Of a stretch of 64,000 bases of DNA, positions 40,716 through 51,259 are shown piece after piece. Origin of the DNA: Kiritimatiellia bacterium (GTDB taxonomy: Bacteria; Verrucomicrobiota; Kiritimatiellia; RFP12; UBA1067). The notes under the pieces were generated by a model that was given only the letters and a program-made list of their open reading frames with translations, did no database searches and was not told the origin of the DNA. The DNA is taken from assembly GCA_017450695.1 (NCBI GenBank), contig JAFSTA010000084.1:34474-98473 (forward strand), written 5' to 3'. Numbering within the stretch: the stretch's first letter is position 1; each line of letters opens with the position of its first letter. Both the position numbers and the translations under genes were made by a program.

Positions 40716-42101
40716 GGAGCGGTCGCGGGTGAGTACCTGCGAGCGGTAGATTGTCCAGCCGTTTCCGAGCCAGTAGGTCATGCCGCACACCCACATGGTC
40801 GGCAGCAGCAACTGGTGATTGCCGGAAATCTCGCTGACCATGATGATCGCCGCCAGTGGCGTTCGAACGGTCGCGGCAAGGAATCCCGCCATCCCGACCA
40901 GCGCGAAAGCCCCCGGATGGATGCCGATCATAGGGAATATCTTCTGCATGACCAACCCGAACGCAGCCCCCAGCGTGGAACCGGACACCAGCGCGGGACC
41001 GAACAATCCGCCGCTCGCGCCGGAACCGACGGTAAACGAGGTCGCTACAATCTTTCCCAAAAAGATCAGCAGGAGCGTCCCCAGCGTCATCGCGCCGTAC
41101 TGGTTCACCAAGGGGCTATCGACCACCAACGCGCCCTGGATCACGCCGTATCCCGCCCCCAGGATCTCCGGAACAAAGTAGCCGATGATCCCCGTGACGA
41201 GCCCGCCGAATCCCGGCTTCAGCCAGTCCGGCATATCCCAGCGACGGAACGCCTGTTCCGTCTTTCGGAAAATCAGGATGTAGAGTTTCGCGCCCAGCGA
41301 GACCACCAGCGCCAGCAACACAAAGAGAACCAGCTTGATCGGGTTGTCAAATCCCCAGTCCGGCATCGCGAAGAAAGATTGCCAGCCGAAGAAAAAGCAG
41401 AAGATCGCATACGCAATGGTCGAGGCCATCAGCGACTGGATGACGACCTCATACTCGATGTCCAGTCCGCTGTAAAGAATCTCCGCACCAAAGAGCGCCC
41501 CCGCCAACGGCGCACGGAAGATTGCGCCGACACCGGCAGAAAGTCCCGCCACCATCAGGACTCTCCGTTCCGCCGCCTTTACGTGAAAGAGGTTTCCGAG
41601 CAAAGAACCGCACGCGCCCGCGATCTGTGTAATCGGGCCTTCCGATCCCGCAGAACCGCCCGAACCGATCACGATGGAAGAGGAGACCGCCTTGACCGGG
41701 ATGATCTTCCACGACATGTCCCCTTCCTTGTGGTGGAACGAGAAGATGCAGGAGTCCGTGCCGTGTCCGGCGGCATCCGGCGCAAACCACTTGATGAGGA
41801 TCGAGCTGATCACGCCGCCGAAAATCGGGAGGATGACCAGCATCCAGCGGATCGGTTCACCGGGATCCTTCACTTCTGGAAAGCAGCTCCGCTCGCCCGC
41901 CACGGGAATCGAATAGAGGTTTCCGAGCGATTCCATCAGGTAATGGCGGGAAACGTCGAGCAGCCAATAGAAGCCGGAGGCGGCAAGTCCCGAAGCGACG
42001 CCTACAACCGCGCAGAGGACGAAAATACGCCCGGTCTTGACGGAGATGCCTCCGCCGCCGACCCAAAACTTCAACCACTCGAAGGTAAAACGCTTGAACA
42101 T
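40701..42101 (-). CDS. ClC-family voltage-gated chloride channel / H+-Cl- antiporter
   Basis: ClC selectivity motifs GSGGSAGSEGP (GSGIP/GREGP region) and GGLFGPAL (GxFxP). ~10 TM helices. Confidence 0.85.
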   Translation of the reverse strand: MFKRFTFEWLKFWVGGGGISVKTGRIFVLCAVVGVASGLAASGFYWLLDVSRHYLMESLGNLYSIPVAGERSCFPEVKDPGEPIRWMLVILPIFGGVISSILIKWFAPDAAGHGTDSCIFSFHHKEGDMSWKIIPVKAVSSSIVIGSGGSAGSEGPITQIAGACGSLLGNLFHVKAAERRVLMVAGLSAGVGAIFRAPLAGALFGAEILYSGLDIEYEVVIQSLMASTIAYAIFCFFFGWQSFFAMPDWGFDNPIKLVLFVLLALVVSLGAKLYILIFRKTEQAFRRWDMPDWLKPGFGGLVTGIIGYFVPEILGAGYGVIQGALVVDSPLVNQYGAMTLGTLLLIFLGKIVATSFTVGSGASGGLFGPALVSGSTLGAAFGLVMQKIFPMIGIHPGAFALVGMAGFLAATVRTPLAAIIMVSEISGNHQLLLPTMWVCGMTYWLGNGWTIYRSQVLTRDRSPAHT

Positions 42102-42119
42102 TGGCTCGCGACCGAAAGC

Positions 42120-43529
42120 CTACTCGTCGCCCCCGTCCGTCGCGCGCCTTCTGCGCGGCATTTTTTCAGGACGCGAACGAGCCTTGAGGAAAATCACGAC
42201 GGGAGCCCCCTCCAAACCGAACCGTTCGCGGATGGCCCGGCGCAGGAACTCCAGATAATTCTGCGTCATCAGTTTCGGATCGTTGACGAACATCCGAATC
42301 GTCACGGGGGCGACACAGACCTGCAGCGCGTAGTAAATGCGGAGGCGTTTCCCGAACCGCATCGGCGCGACCGCGCGTTTGGTCGCCTCCTCGATCGTCC
42401 GGTTCAGCATCCCCGTCGGCAACTTCATCCGCGTCTGCGCCGCCACATGGTCGATCACCTCGATACTCTTGCGCACATTCTGTCCAGACTTGGTGGAGGT
42501 GAAGACGAGCGGGCAATAGGACAAGAACGGCATCATCGTCCGAATGACCTCTTCCGCTTTTTTCTGGGCAATCCCTTTCGCAATCGCCAGATCCCACTTG
42601 TTCATCAGGACCACGCATCCCTTGTTGTTGTCGGAGATCAGTCGCGCGATTCGCTTGTCCTGCACCGTAGGACCGATCTCGGACTCCATGACCAGCACGA
42701 CGATGTCCGCCTTCTTCACGCTCTCCTCGGCGCGGAAGAGGCTGAACCGCTCAACCGCGCTGTCGCACTTGTGGCGGTTCCGCATTCCCGCCGTATCGAC
42801 AAAGACGTAGTGGCGCGCCTGGGGGCCCTCCCCGATCGCGAACGGGACCTCGATCGAGTCGCGCGTGGTTCCCGCGATGTCGGAGACGATCAGGCGTTCG
42901 CCATTCAGCAGTCGGTTGATGTACGAGGATTTCCCCGCGTTGGGGCGTCCCACGACCGCCACGCGCAGCGGTTGCACCACTGTCTGGTTGACCTCCTCCG
43001 GAAGATACGGCAACACGGCGTCCATCAACGCGCCGACTCCCGAACCGTGCGCGGCGGAGATGTTGAAAGTCGGTAACCCCAGCTTCGAAAACTCCAGCGC
43101 GTTCGCCTCATGGCTCGGCAGGTCGCACTTGTTCACCGCCAGCAGCAGCGGCACGTCCGCCTTGCGCAACATGCCGGCCACTTCCTCGTCCAGCGGCTGG
43201 ATCCCGGTCTGAACATCCACGACAAGCACCGCCACGCTGGCATCCTGAAGCGCGGCCGCCACCTGGTCGCGGATCTCCTGTCCGAATGAGGACGGCTGCG
43301 ACGTAAGCATAATCCCGCCCGTGTCGATCAAGTGGAAACGGTTGTTGTTCCACGACACCTCGAGCATCAGCCGGTCGCGCGTCACGCCGCTCTCATCATG
43401 CACAATCGCAATCCGACGCCCGGCAATCCGGTTGAACAGCGCGGACTTGCCGACATTGGGGCGTCCCACGATGGCGACCACCCTGCCCTTCTTCGTTTTG
43501 GGCGTCTGTATTTCTTCTTGCGTTTCCAT
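42120..43529 (-). CDS. der: Ribosome-biogenesis GTPase Der (EngA), tandem GTPase domains + KH-like domain
   Basis: Two G-domains: VAIVGRPNVGKSALFNRI..DTGG and VAVVGRPNAGKSSYINRL..DTAG. C-terminal KH-like domain. Confidence 0.9.
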   Translation of the reverse strand: METQEEIQTPKTKKGRVVAIVGRPNVGKSALFNRIAGRRIAIVHDESGVTRDRLMLEVSWNNNRFHLIDTGGIMLTSQPSSFGQEIRDQVAAALQDASVAVLVVDVQTGIQPLDEEVAGMLRKADVPLLLAVNKCDLPSHEANALEFSKLGLPTFNISAAHGSGVGALMDAVLPYLPEEVNQTVVQPLRVAVVGRPNAGKSSYINRLLNGERLIVSDIAGTTRDSIEVPFAIGEGPQARHYVFVDTAGMRNRHKCDSAVERFSLFRAEESVKKADIVVLVMESEIGPTVQDKRIARLISDNNKGCVVLMNKWDLAIAKGIAQKKAEEVIRTMMPFLSYCPLVFTSTKSGQNVRKSIEVIDHVAAQTRMKLPTGMLNRTIEEATKRAVAPMRFGKRLRIYYALQVCVAPVTIRMFVNDPKLMTQNYLEFLRRAIRERFGLEGAPVVIFLKARSRPEKMPRRRRATDGGDE

Positions 43530-43536
43530 AACTCCA

Positions 43537-45291
43537 CTAGTCCTTCAAAGCCCGGAGAATCCGGTGACGAATCATGCGGCGAAGGCAGAAGAACGCCAAA
43601 ACCAGCAACGTGATGCAGAGGCAGAAAAGGACGAGCGAACCGATCGCCGTCACGCCGCCGGCCGCAAAACCTTCCTTCATCCACTTGTTCAGATTGGCGA
43701 GGAACAACTCGAAGACCGCCGTGCCGCTGGTCACCAGCATGAAGACCATCGGCAACAGGCAGATCCAGAAGTTCCGGTGGTTCTTCAGGAGCCAGAGCGA
43801 AGCGGTCAATAACGTCAGCGCCGCCAGCATCTGGTTGGCGGACGCGAACATCGTCCACAGGTTCCCCGCCATCGACGGATTGAGCACCAGCAGGTAAAAA
43901 CCGATGGCGATCACCACGCCCGTCGCGAAGTACATGTTCTTGTTCAGACGAACCAGCAGACCGCTCTTCTCCGTCTTCTCTTTCTGGGCCGCATCGGTCG
44001 TAGAGGCTGTGGACCAAATTTCCTGCCAGACGAACCGCGCCAGACGGGTACAGGCGTCAACGGAGGTCATCAGGAAGGCCGCCACCGCCAACAGCATGAA
44101 ACTCTGCGCCGTGTTTTCGGGAATGCCGAGTTTCCCGCAGAACGAAGCGAGTCCCTTGGCGAAGAGGACAACCGGCTTGCCCTCGGCAAGTCCCGCCATC
44201 AGCTGATCCTGCGAAAGCCACGCCACGGAGATCAACGCGAGGAGCGCGACGACACCTTCCAGCAACATGCAGCCGTACCCGACGGGACGGATATGCGCTT
44301 CGGAATCCAGTTGCTTGGAAGTCGTGCCGCTCGCCACCAGCGCATGGAATCCGGAACACGCGCCGCACGCGACGGTCACGAACAACAGCGGGAACAGGTT
44401 CTGCGTCACGCCCTTCGCGTTCACGACGGAGACACCCGAAAACGCATGGATGTGGAAGGTCGGACAGACGATCAGGACACCGACAAGCCCCAGCGCGAGC
44501 ATCGCGTAGAGCAGGTAGCTGTTCAAGTAGTCGCGGGGCTGGAGCAACAGCCAGACCGGCAGCGTCGAGGCGACAAAGCAATACACGAAGAGGATCATCA
44601 CCCATATGTTCTTGCTGACTTCAGGCGTGACACCGAAGAGCTGGGTCAGATCGCACGGGAAGATCACACCGATCCACACCAGGAAGAAGAGCAACGGCAC
44701 GAAGACGAAACTCGCCGCGAAGACATTCCAGCGGAACTTATAGACACAGATGCCGAAAAGTGCGGCCTCGAAAATTCCAAGCAGCGATGAAGTCGCGACT
44801 TCGGGATTGGAGACGAACGCGTCGGCGACCTGCCCCGTGAAGACCGCCATCACCAACACCAGTGCCGCGAAACAGAACATGAGGAAGATCATCTTGCCGG
44901 GACGCCCCAGCACCTCCTCGATCACAGAACCGATCGATTTTCCCTGATGACGAACCGAGAGGAAGAGCGTCACCATGTCATGCATCGCGCCGATGAAAAT
45001 ACACCCCAGCACGATCCAGAGAACGACAGCAGCCCATCCGAACTGCGCCGCCAGCACAGGACCGATGATCGGTCCGGCACCCGCAATCGCGGCGAAATGA
45101 TGACCGAACAGCACCATCGGGTGCGCCGGCACATAGTCGATCCCGTCCCGCATCGCGTGGGCGGGCGTCGGAATTTTCGGATCCACGCCCAGTTTCCTCG
45201 CGACGAAACTGGAATAAAAAAAGAAAGCCAACAGAAAACACGCACAACCAAGCAGCAACAACACAGCACCGTTCATTTTCCAAATCTCCAT
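43537..45291 (-). CDS. cstA: Carbon starvation protein A (peptide/pyruvate transporter family)
   Basis: N-terminal LGVDPKIPTPAHAMRDGIDYVPAHPMVLFGHHFAAIAGAGPIIGPVLAAQFGW is the conserved CstA signature. 584 aa polytopic membrane protein. Confidence 0.85.
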   Translation of the reverse strand: MEIWKMNGAVLLLLGCACFLLAFFFYSSFVARKLGVDPKIPTPAHAMRDGIDYVPAHPMVLFGHHFAAIAGAGPIIGPVLAAQFGWAAVVLWIVLGCIFIGAMHDMVTLFLSVRHQGKSIGSVIEEVLGRPGKMIFLMFCFAALVLVMAVFTGQVADAFVSNPEVATSSLLGIFEAALFGICVYKFRWNVFAASFVFVPLLFFLVWIGVIFPCDLTQLFGVTPEVSKNIWVMILFVYCFVASTLPVWLLLQPRDYLNSYLLYAMLALGLVGVLIVCPTFHIHAFSGVSVVNAKGVTQNLFPLLFVTVACGACSGFHALVASGTTSKQLDSEAHIRPVGYGCMLLEGVVALLALISVAWLSQDQLMAGLAEGKPVVLFAKGLASFCGKLGIPENTAQSFMLLAVAAFLMTSVDACTRLARFVWQEIWSTASTTDAAQKEKTEKSGLLVRLNKNMYFATGVVIAIGFYLLVLNPSMAGNLWTMFASANQMLAALTLLTASLWLLKNHRNFWICLLPMVFMLVTSGTAVFELFLANLNKWMKEGFAAGGVTAIGSLVLFCLCITLLVLAFFCLRRMIRHRILRALKD

Positions 45292-45372
45292 TCCCTGCCT
45301 TGAGCGGCAAGCGCAAGAATTTAGCTTACTCTTTTATTCCTTCGGTGTCAATTGCATTCGCCCGGCGGTGGG

Positions 45373-45420
45373 TAATCGGTCAGTGAGCGGGGCTGGCGCC
45401 CGCGCTCGCTGACCGATTAC
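45373..45420. promoter_or_regulatory. 18-bp-arm inverted repeat (GTAATCGGTCAGTGAGCG-N12-CGCTCGCTGACCGATTAC, one mismatch) ~80 bp upstream of the cstA start
   Basis: Read directly. It lies in the divergent region between cstA (-) and the Type III mod gene (+). Confidence 0.4.
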
Positions 45421-45799
45421 AAGTTGTGCTTGAAAAGACAACAGCTTCTGCTATGATAAGAGCGTTCTTTGGCGGTTGACCGCCGAGGAAAGACAAAATC
45501 CGGAAACTGACCGGGGTCGTCAAGCGACGTATGGAAGCCGACACCCCTCTCCACCTCCGGAGGTTAAGATTGTGGCATCAACGCTACATCGTCGTTCAGC
45601 AGAAATACGACCAATGTTTTTAATCCAGAACGACGTGTAAGTGATGATGCGTCCGTAAGGGCGCATTATCTTTATATGTATTCTGGATGGGCCTTTGGTC
45701 GGGCTTCTGCTGAGTGCATGAAAGGAAATGCGCTCTTTTTATGTATGTGACCAGGGGGGGTCCACGGCATTCGCAAGCGCACTATGCTGGAGGGGCGGG

Positions 45800-47871
45800 A
45801 TGGTTGCCGCCGGAATGGACATGGCGCAAAAAAGTTTGATCGGCGAACTGCCGAAGATTCTGGAAGAGGGTAAACGCGAGGCAGGAAGAATTCTGGAGCG
45901 ACTCTCGGACAACGTGAAAGTCGGACTTCAAACAAACGAGCTGGTACTCCCCGCGAAAGATGTGGACGGTCTCTTCAAGGGGCAGATGCCGACACTGGGT
46001 TCTTCGACAGGATTTACAGGATTAACAGGATTTGAGGCGGCCTCCCCTATGCCCGAAAATCCTGTCAAGAACAGTCCCTGGATCAACCGACTCATCTACG
46101 GAGACAACCTCCTCGTGATCCAGGCGTTGCTGGCGGGTGATGAAAAGACAAGTCTCCCTTCCTTGCGCGGCAAGGTCGATCTCGTCTATATCGATCCGCC
46201 CTTCGACTCCAAGGCCGACTACCGCACGAAAATCCACTTGCCCGGCACGGACATCTCGCAGAAACCGACTGTCATCGAGCAGTTCGCCTACTCCGACACG
46301 TGGAAGGACGGAACGGCAAGCTACCTCCGCATGATCTGCCCGCGCCTCATCCTCCTCCAGGAACTCCTCGCCGACACTGGATCCATCTACGTTCACCTCG
46401 ACTGGCACGTCGGCCACTACGTCAAAATCCTGATGGATGAGATTTTCGGGAAGGAGAATTTCAGGAACGAGATAGTGTGGTATTACAATAATAAAATGAG
46501 TGGTGCGGTTGTGAGTCATGATTTTGTATGTGAGCATGACACATTGTTTTTCTACTGCAAAACAAAGCAAAACCATTTTAATGAAATAAGGGAAGATAGG
46601 GATATACCAGTGAAACAAAGCAAGCGGGTGAAGATCGACGGGAAAAATATGAGGGCAAGAGATGCTGATGGAAACATGATATATGAAATCTCATTTGACA
46701 AGAAAGTCAAAGATGTTTGGACTATTCCATATATCGCATCAACCTCTAAAGAGCGTGTGGACTATACCACCCAGAAACCCGAGGCCTTGTTGGAGCGCAT
46801 CATCAAGGCATCATCGAACGAGGGAGATTTGGTGCTGGATGTCTTCGCGGGGAGCGGGACGACAGCGGCGGTGGCGGAACGGCTGGGGCGACGTTGGATT
46901 TCGGTGGATATCGGGAAGCCGTCGGCGTTGATCCAGCGAAAACGCTTCATCGACAATGAGGTGAAGCCATTCCTCTACCAGTCGGTCGGCGACTACCAGA
47001 AGGAGGCCTTCGGTGCATCGCGGCTGTTCCGTCGGATCGGCGACTTGTGTGAGGTCGTACTGAAACTCTACGGCGCGGAACCGTTTCCGGTGGAAAACTG
47101 CCCGACGCGCAACGCGGGGCAGATTCGCGAGTCGCGGACGCTCGTCCTGGTCGATAGCCCGAACAAACTCACGAATGCGGCAAGCGTGAAACGGGCGGCG
47201 GAAGCAAAGAACACGGCACTCGGCGGCGGCTGGTCGAAGGTGGTTCTCTTGGGCTGGAATTTCGCGTGGGACATTTCACAGGCAGCGCAGATGTACAAGG
47301 ACGTCGAGGTACTGGTGATTCCGCCAGATCTGATGGACGCGCTGAAAAAGCGCGGTTTTGCAGATCTCGCGGCAAACGGCAAGGTTCGTTTCTCCTCACT
47401 GCAGTATCTGTCGCTCAAGGATGTGCGGAGAGAGAGAGGATCGCATCTCACGCAGAGGCGCGGAGAGGTGGGGAATGCAAGGAAATTAACGGATTGGAGG
47501 TCTCGGCGGACTCTGCGCCTCAGCGTGAGGAAAATATGGAACGCATCATTGTCGAACTGGGCAACTACGTGCTGTTGTCACCGGACAACATTCCTTTAGA
47601 CGATAAGGACAAGGAGATCTTGGCGAAAATCGCGAAGGAAGACCCGCTGGCACTCATCGAATACTGGAGCGTCGATCCGGACTACAACGGCGAAACATTC
47701 CGCAGTCTCTGGCAGGACTACCGTGAGAACACGGGGAATGACGACGATCCCGACCATTGCGTATTCACGGCGGAGATTGTCGTGCCGAAAAAGCCGAAAG
47801 GTACTCGTGTCGTATGCGTAAAGGCTGTCGATGTCTTCGGCTTCGAGAGCGTGGCAACGGTGAGAGTGTAA
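45800..47871 (+). CDS. mod: Type III restriction-modification Mod subunit (beta-class N6-adenine/N4-cytosine DNA methyltransferase), frameshifted near 47427..47440
   Basis: Motif IV DPPF in [12 protein letters not shown]. AdoMet motif [15 protein letters not shown]. The reading frame switches from +2 (ORF 45728..47599) to +1 (ORF 47266..47871) at a (GA)5 run, ggAGAGAGAGAGga. The C-terminus continues in the other frame (..[20 protein letters not shown]). Central 46440..46760 is markedly AT-rich, a probable target-recognition domain. Confidence 0.7.
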
Positions 47872-47883
47872 GGAGAACTGGCA

Positions 47884-50830
47884 ATGGCGAAGAAAAGCAC
47901 GGCAATGAACACAGGACGGATTCCGTTGGAGTTCGCGAAACGAGTAAGCGAAGCAGCGGAGGCGGCATACGGAAACGGTTCGATGGCGCACGCGGTCTCA
48001 CCCGTCACGCGAGAACTGCTGAAATACTGGTTCGAGGAACCGTTCACGGATCGTCCGCTCAACTTCCACGAAGGACAGAAGCGGGCTATCCTGAACGCCA
48101 TCTACCTGCACGAGGTCATCGGCGCGGCGAACATGACGGATGCCTGGGCGAAAATCGGTCCAGAGCTACTGGAAACGGAGAACGGCGCGGTGATGGCGGA
48201 ACTCTCCAAAGACAAATACGCCTACCCGAAATACTGCGTGAAGATGGCAACGGGAACGGGGAAGACATGGGTAATGCATGCACTTCTGATCTGGCAGTAC
48301 CTGAACGCACGATATCCCGTCAAGGGGGCGGTGACGCCGTCCCCGTCGTTTGTGAAAAACTTCCTCTTCGTGGCACCGGGGCTGATCGTCTATGAGCGGC
48401 TGCTTGACGCCTTTTGCGGCAAGCGAATCGACGGCGGCGAGATGCGGGATTTCACGACGAGCGACATCAAAAGCTGCGAGTCACTTTTCGTGCCTCCGCA
48501 GTATCGTGATGCGCTGTACGCTTTCCTCCAAAACTCACTGGTACGCAAGGAGGATTTCGGTCGCAAAGTGACAGGTGACGGAACGTTGGCGGTCATGAAC
48601 TGGCATACGTTTCTGGGCGAGGAGGAAGGTTCGCCTTCCGAGGATTCGGGGGCGGAGTCCCCATCCGTTTGCACCGATGACGGCAAGGGAATTCTCGACG
48701 AGCTCCTTCCCGCGAAGCCGGGAATAGCGGCTGGTAACGCCCTGGAGTCGCTGGACGCCTCATTCCTGCGCGGCGGAAGACTTGATTTCCTAAAGGACTT
48801 GCCCGATCTGATGCTCGTAAACGACGAGGCGCACCATGTGCATGGAGGAACAAAAGACGAGGAAGAAGTCAAGTGGCAACAGGGAATCGACGCGTTGGCG
48901 AAAGGGAAACGGTTCATTCAGCTCGACTTCTCGGCGACACCATACGAACCATCCGGGAGCGGGCGCAACGCGCAACAAGCGCGAGGACTATTTTCCGCAC
49001 GTAATGGTCGATTACGACCTCCCCGCCGCAATCCGGGCGGGGCTTGTGAAGACCATCATCATCGACGAACGCAAGGAGTTGGCGAACGAGCTTGTCGATC
49101 TGGACTACAAAGCCGTCCGGGACGGGCGGCACGTAGTGGGACTGAGCGATGGACAACGGCTGATGTTACGGGCCGGGTTGGCAAAACTCCGGTATCTCGA
49201 AAAGGAGTTCGCATCGTTAGATGAAGCGAAGCGGCCGAAGATGATGGTGGTCTGCGAGGACACGGGCGTAACACCGCTCGTCTCCGATTTTCTGCGAGAG
49301 GAAGGACTTTCCGACGACGACATTCTGACGGTTGACAGTAACAGGCAGGGAGATGTCGGAGAGAAGGAATGGAACAAGATGAAGGGAAAACTCTTCGCGG
49401 TTGACAAGCGCGAAAAGCCACGCGTCATCATCTCCGTTCTCATGCTCCGTGAGGGATTCGATGTCAACAACATCTGCGTCATCGTGCCACTCCGAGCATC
49501 CAACGCGCAGATTCTGTTGGAGCAGACACTAGGACGCGGGCTACGCCTCATGTGGCGGGAACCGGAATACAGAGAAACCAAGGATAAGGCGAGGGATCAA
49601 TTAATCGTAGAAAAGGTCGAGCCTTGCGCGGTGTTAGACTTCCTTTACATCATCGAGCATCCGGCGTTCAAGGAATTCTACGACAATCTCGTTGCACAGG
49701 GACTCGTTGGAACGCAGAAAACGAAAGACAGAGACGGTGGCGGGAAAGACGACCTCGTTCATTCCGTCCTCAAGGAAGACTACGAGAATTGGGACATCTT
49801 TTGGCCGCTGGTGCGGAGAGAAAGCGAGGAAATCCTATCTGATGAAGCCCTTCCCCAAGAAGGCTTGGAACCTTTCACACTCTATCCGCTGTCGCGGTTA
49901 CGTGAAATCTTCGCGAGACCGGGCGAGGTATTCGTGGGGAAAGAACTACTTGTCCGGACGACATTCGGCGAGTACCGGGTTCATGCGAATCTCTTCAATG
50001 CCACATGCTACAACGAGTACATTCAAGGCATCGTCGATTCGATTTCTCGCCGATTCATGCGTATTGCAGGAAAGCAGACAAGTGCAATGCCCGCCTTGCA
50101 GATACACTTAGCAAAGATTGCCGCGGTGGTGGACAGGTTCATTCGGGAACGGCTGTTCAATGAGCCGTTCGACCCATTTAGCGGAAATGACTGGAAGATT
50201 CTCCTCTGTCGCAATGGAACCATCACCAACCATATCGTCAAGCAGGTGGGTGAACTGGTTTATTGGATTGAAAACAAAACGCTCAAGACTCAAGCAGATG
50301 TCGATCGACTTTGGTTCTCCAGCGTGCGCGACTTCGTCGTTCGGAAAGGTGCGTCGCTTGAACTGACGAAAACGATCTACACGCGCACCGGTTATCCGAC
50401 GAAGGGGGGCGGGCTGGAGAAGGATTTTATGGAGTTCATCGACCGCGACGGCGGAGTGGAGAGGTTCGTCAAAGTCAACGAGGCAAAACACATCTTCGCA
50501 CGGATTGCCTATCTTCGCACAGATGGACTGATGGGCGAGTACATTCCCGATTTCCTTGTCGTGACGGAAAAACACGTCTGGCTGGTGGAAACAAAGGCTG
50601 AAAAGGACAAGGATGATGGAAACGTGCAGGCAAAGCGAAACGCAACAGTACAGTGGTGCAAGGGTATCAATGCTCTGGAGAAAGAAGATCGAATGAACCG
50701 AACATGGAGTTATCTGCTTCTGACGGACAAGGATTTCTATGCCTATCAAGATGGAAATGCCACATTCCATGATTTGTGCAGGTTTTCTGAAGTCACGGAG
50801 TCGGGGTTAAAGGGCGAGTTTACGTTCTGA
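47884..50830 (+). CDS. res: Type III restriction-modification Res subunit (SF2 helicase/endonuclease), frameshifted near 48945..48985
   Basis: Walker A ATGTGKTWV, DEAH box LMLVNDEAHHV, motif III FSATP in frame +1 (ORF 47884..49224). The rest (KREDYFPHVMVDYDLPAAIRAGLVKT ... to 50830) is in frame +2 (ORF 48836..50830). Starts 10 nt after the mod stop. Confidence 0.7.
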
Positions 50831-51002
50831 TTCACGAAATCCACTTCCCCGTTGATGATCTAACTCTGTGATAATCTCGAAACCGCAGATTACAGAGTGC
50901 TTGGCGCTTCGCGCCAGCTGAAAAGCTGAGAAGCGAAAGGAGGGCAATAGGATTACCTCGCGTAAAGGCGTCGAGTCGCCCAATCGAGAAGAGAGAACGC
51001 GC

Positions 51003-51050
51003 GGATTAGGTCGATTTAAAGCCTCCGAAGGAGGCGATTTAACCATTTCA
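51003..51050. repeat. Intergenic repeat family R4 (gatttaaaGCCTCCgaaGGAGGCgattNaaccatttca), copy a
   Basis: Second copy at 57234..57282 with the same GCCTCC-gaa-GGAGGC hairpin. Confidence 0.7.
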
Positions 51051-51259
51051 CCTAAGTTCCTCAGTTGGACACTTTGAAATGAATCATGCTGCTTTGGATT
51101 TTTCAGACTTTCACCATTTGGATGAATCGTTTTTCTGTGTGTGCGGGGGGGCGAAAAGCCCTGTTTACGGTACTTTCTCTGTGTACTCTGCGCACTCAGC
51201 GGCTCTGCGTGAGAACCCAAACGAGGAATCGAGGTTTAATCCGTTCTTGTGCCAAGTCC

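Noticed and set aside
40584-43076. 830 aa ORF on the plus strand
   Set aside because: It is entirely antisense to the well-supported ClC channel and der genes. The translation is Arg/His/Asp-rich with no motifs, which is a typical shadow ORF of GC-rich DNA.
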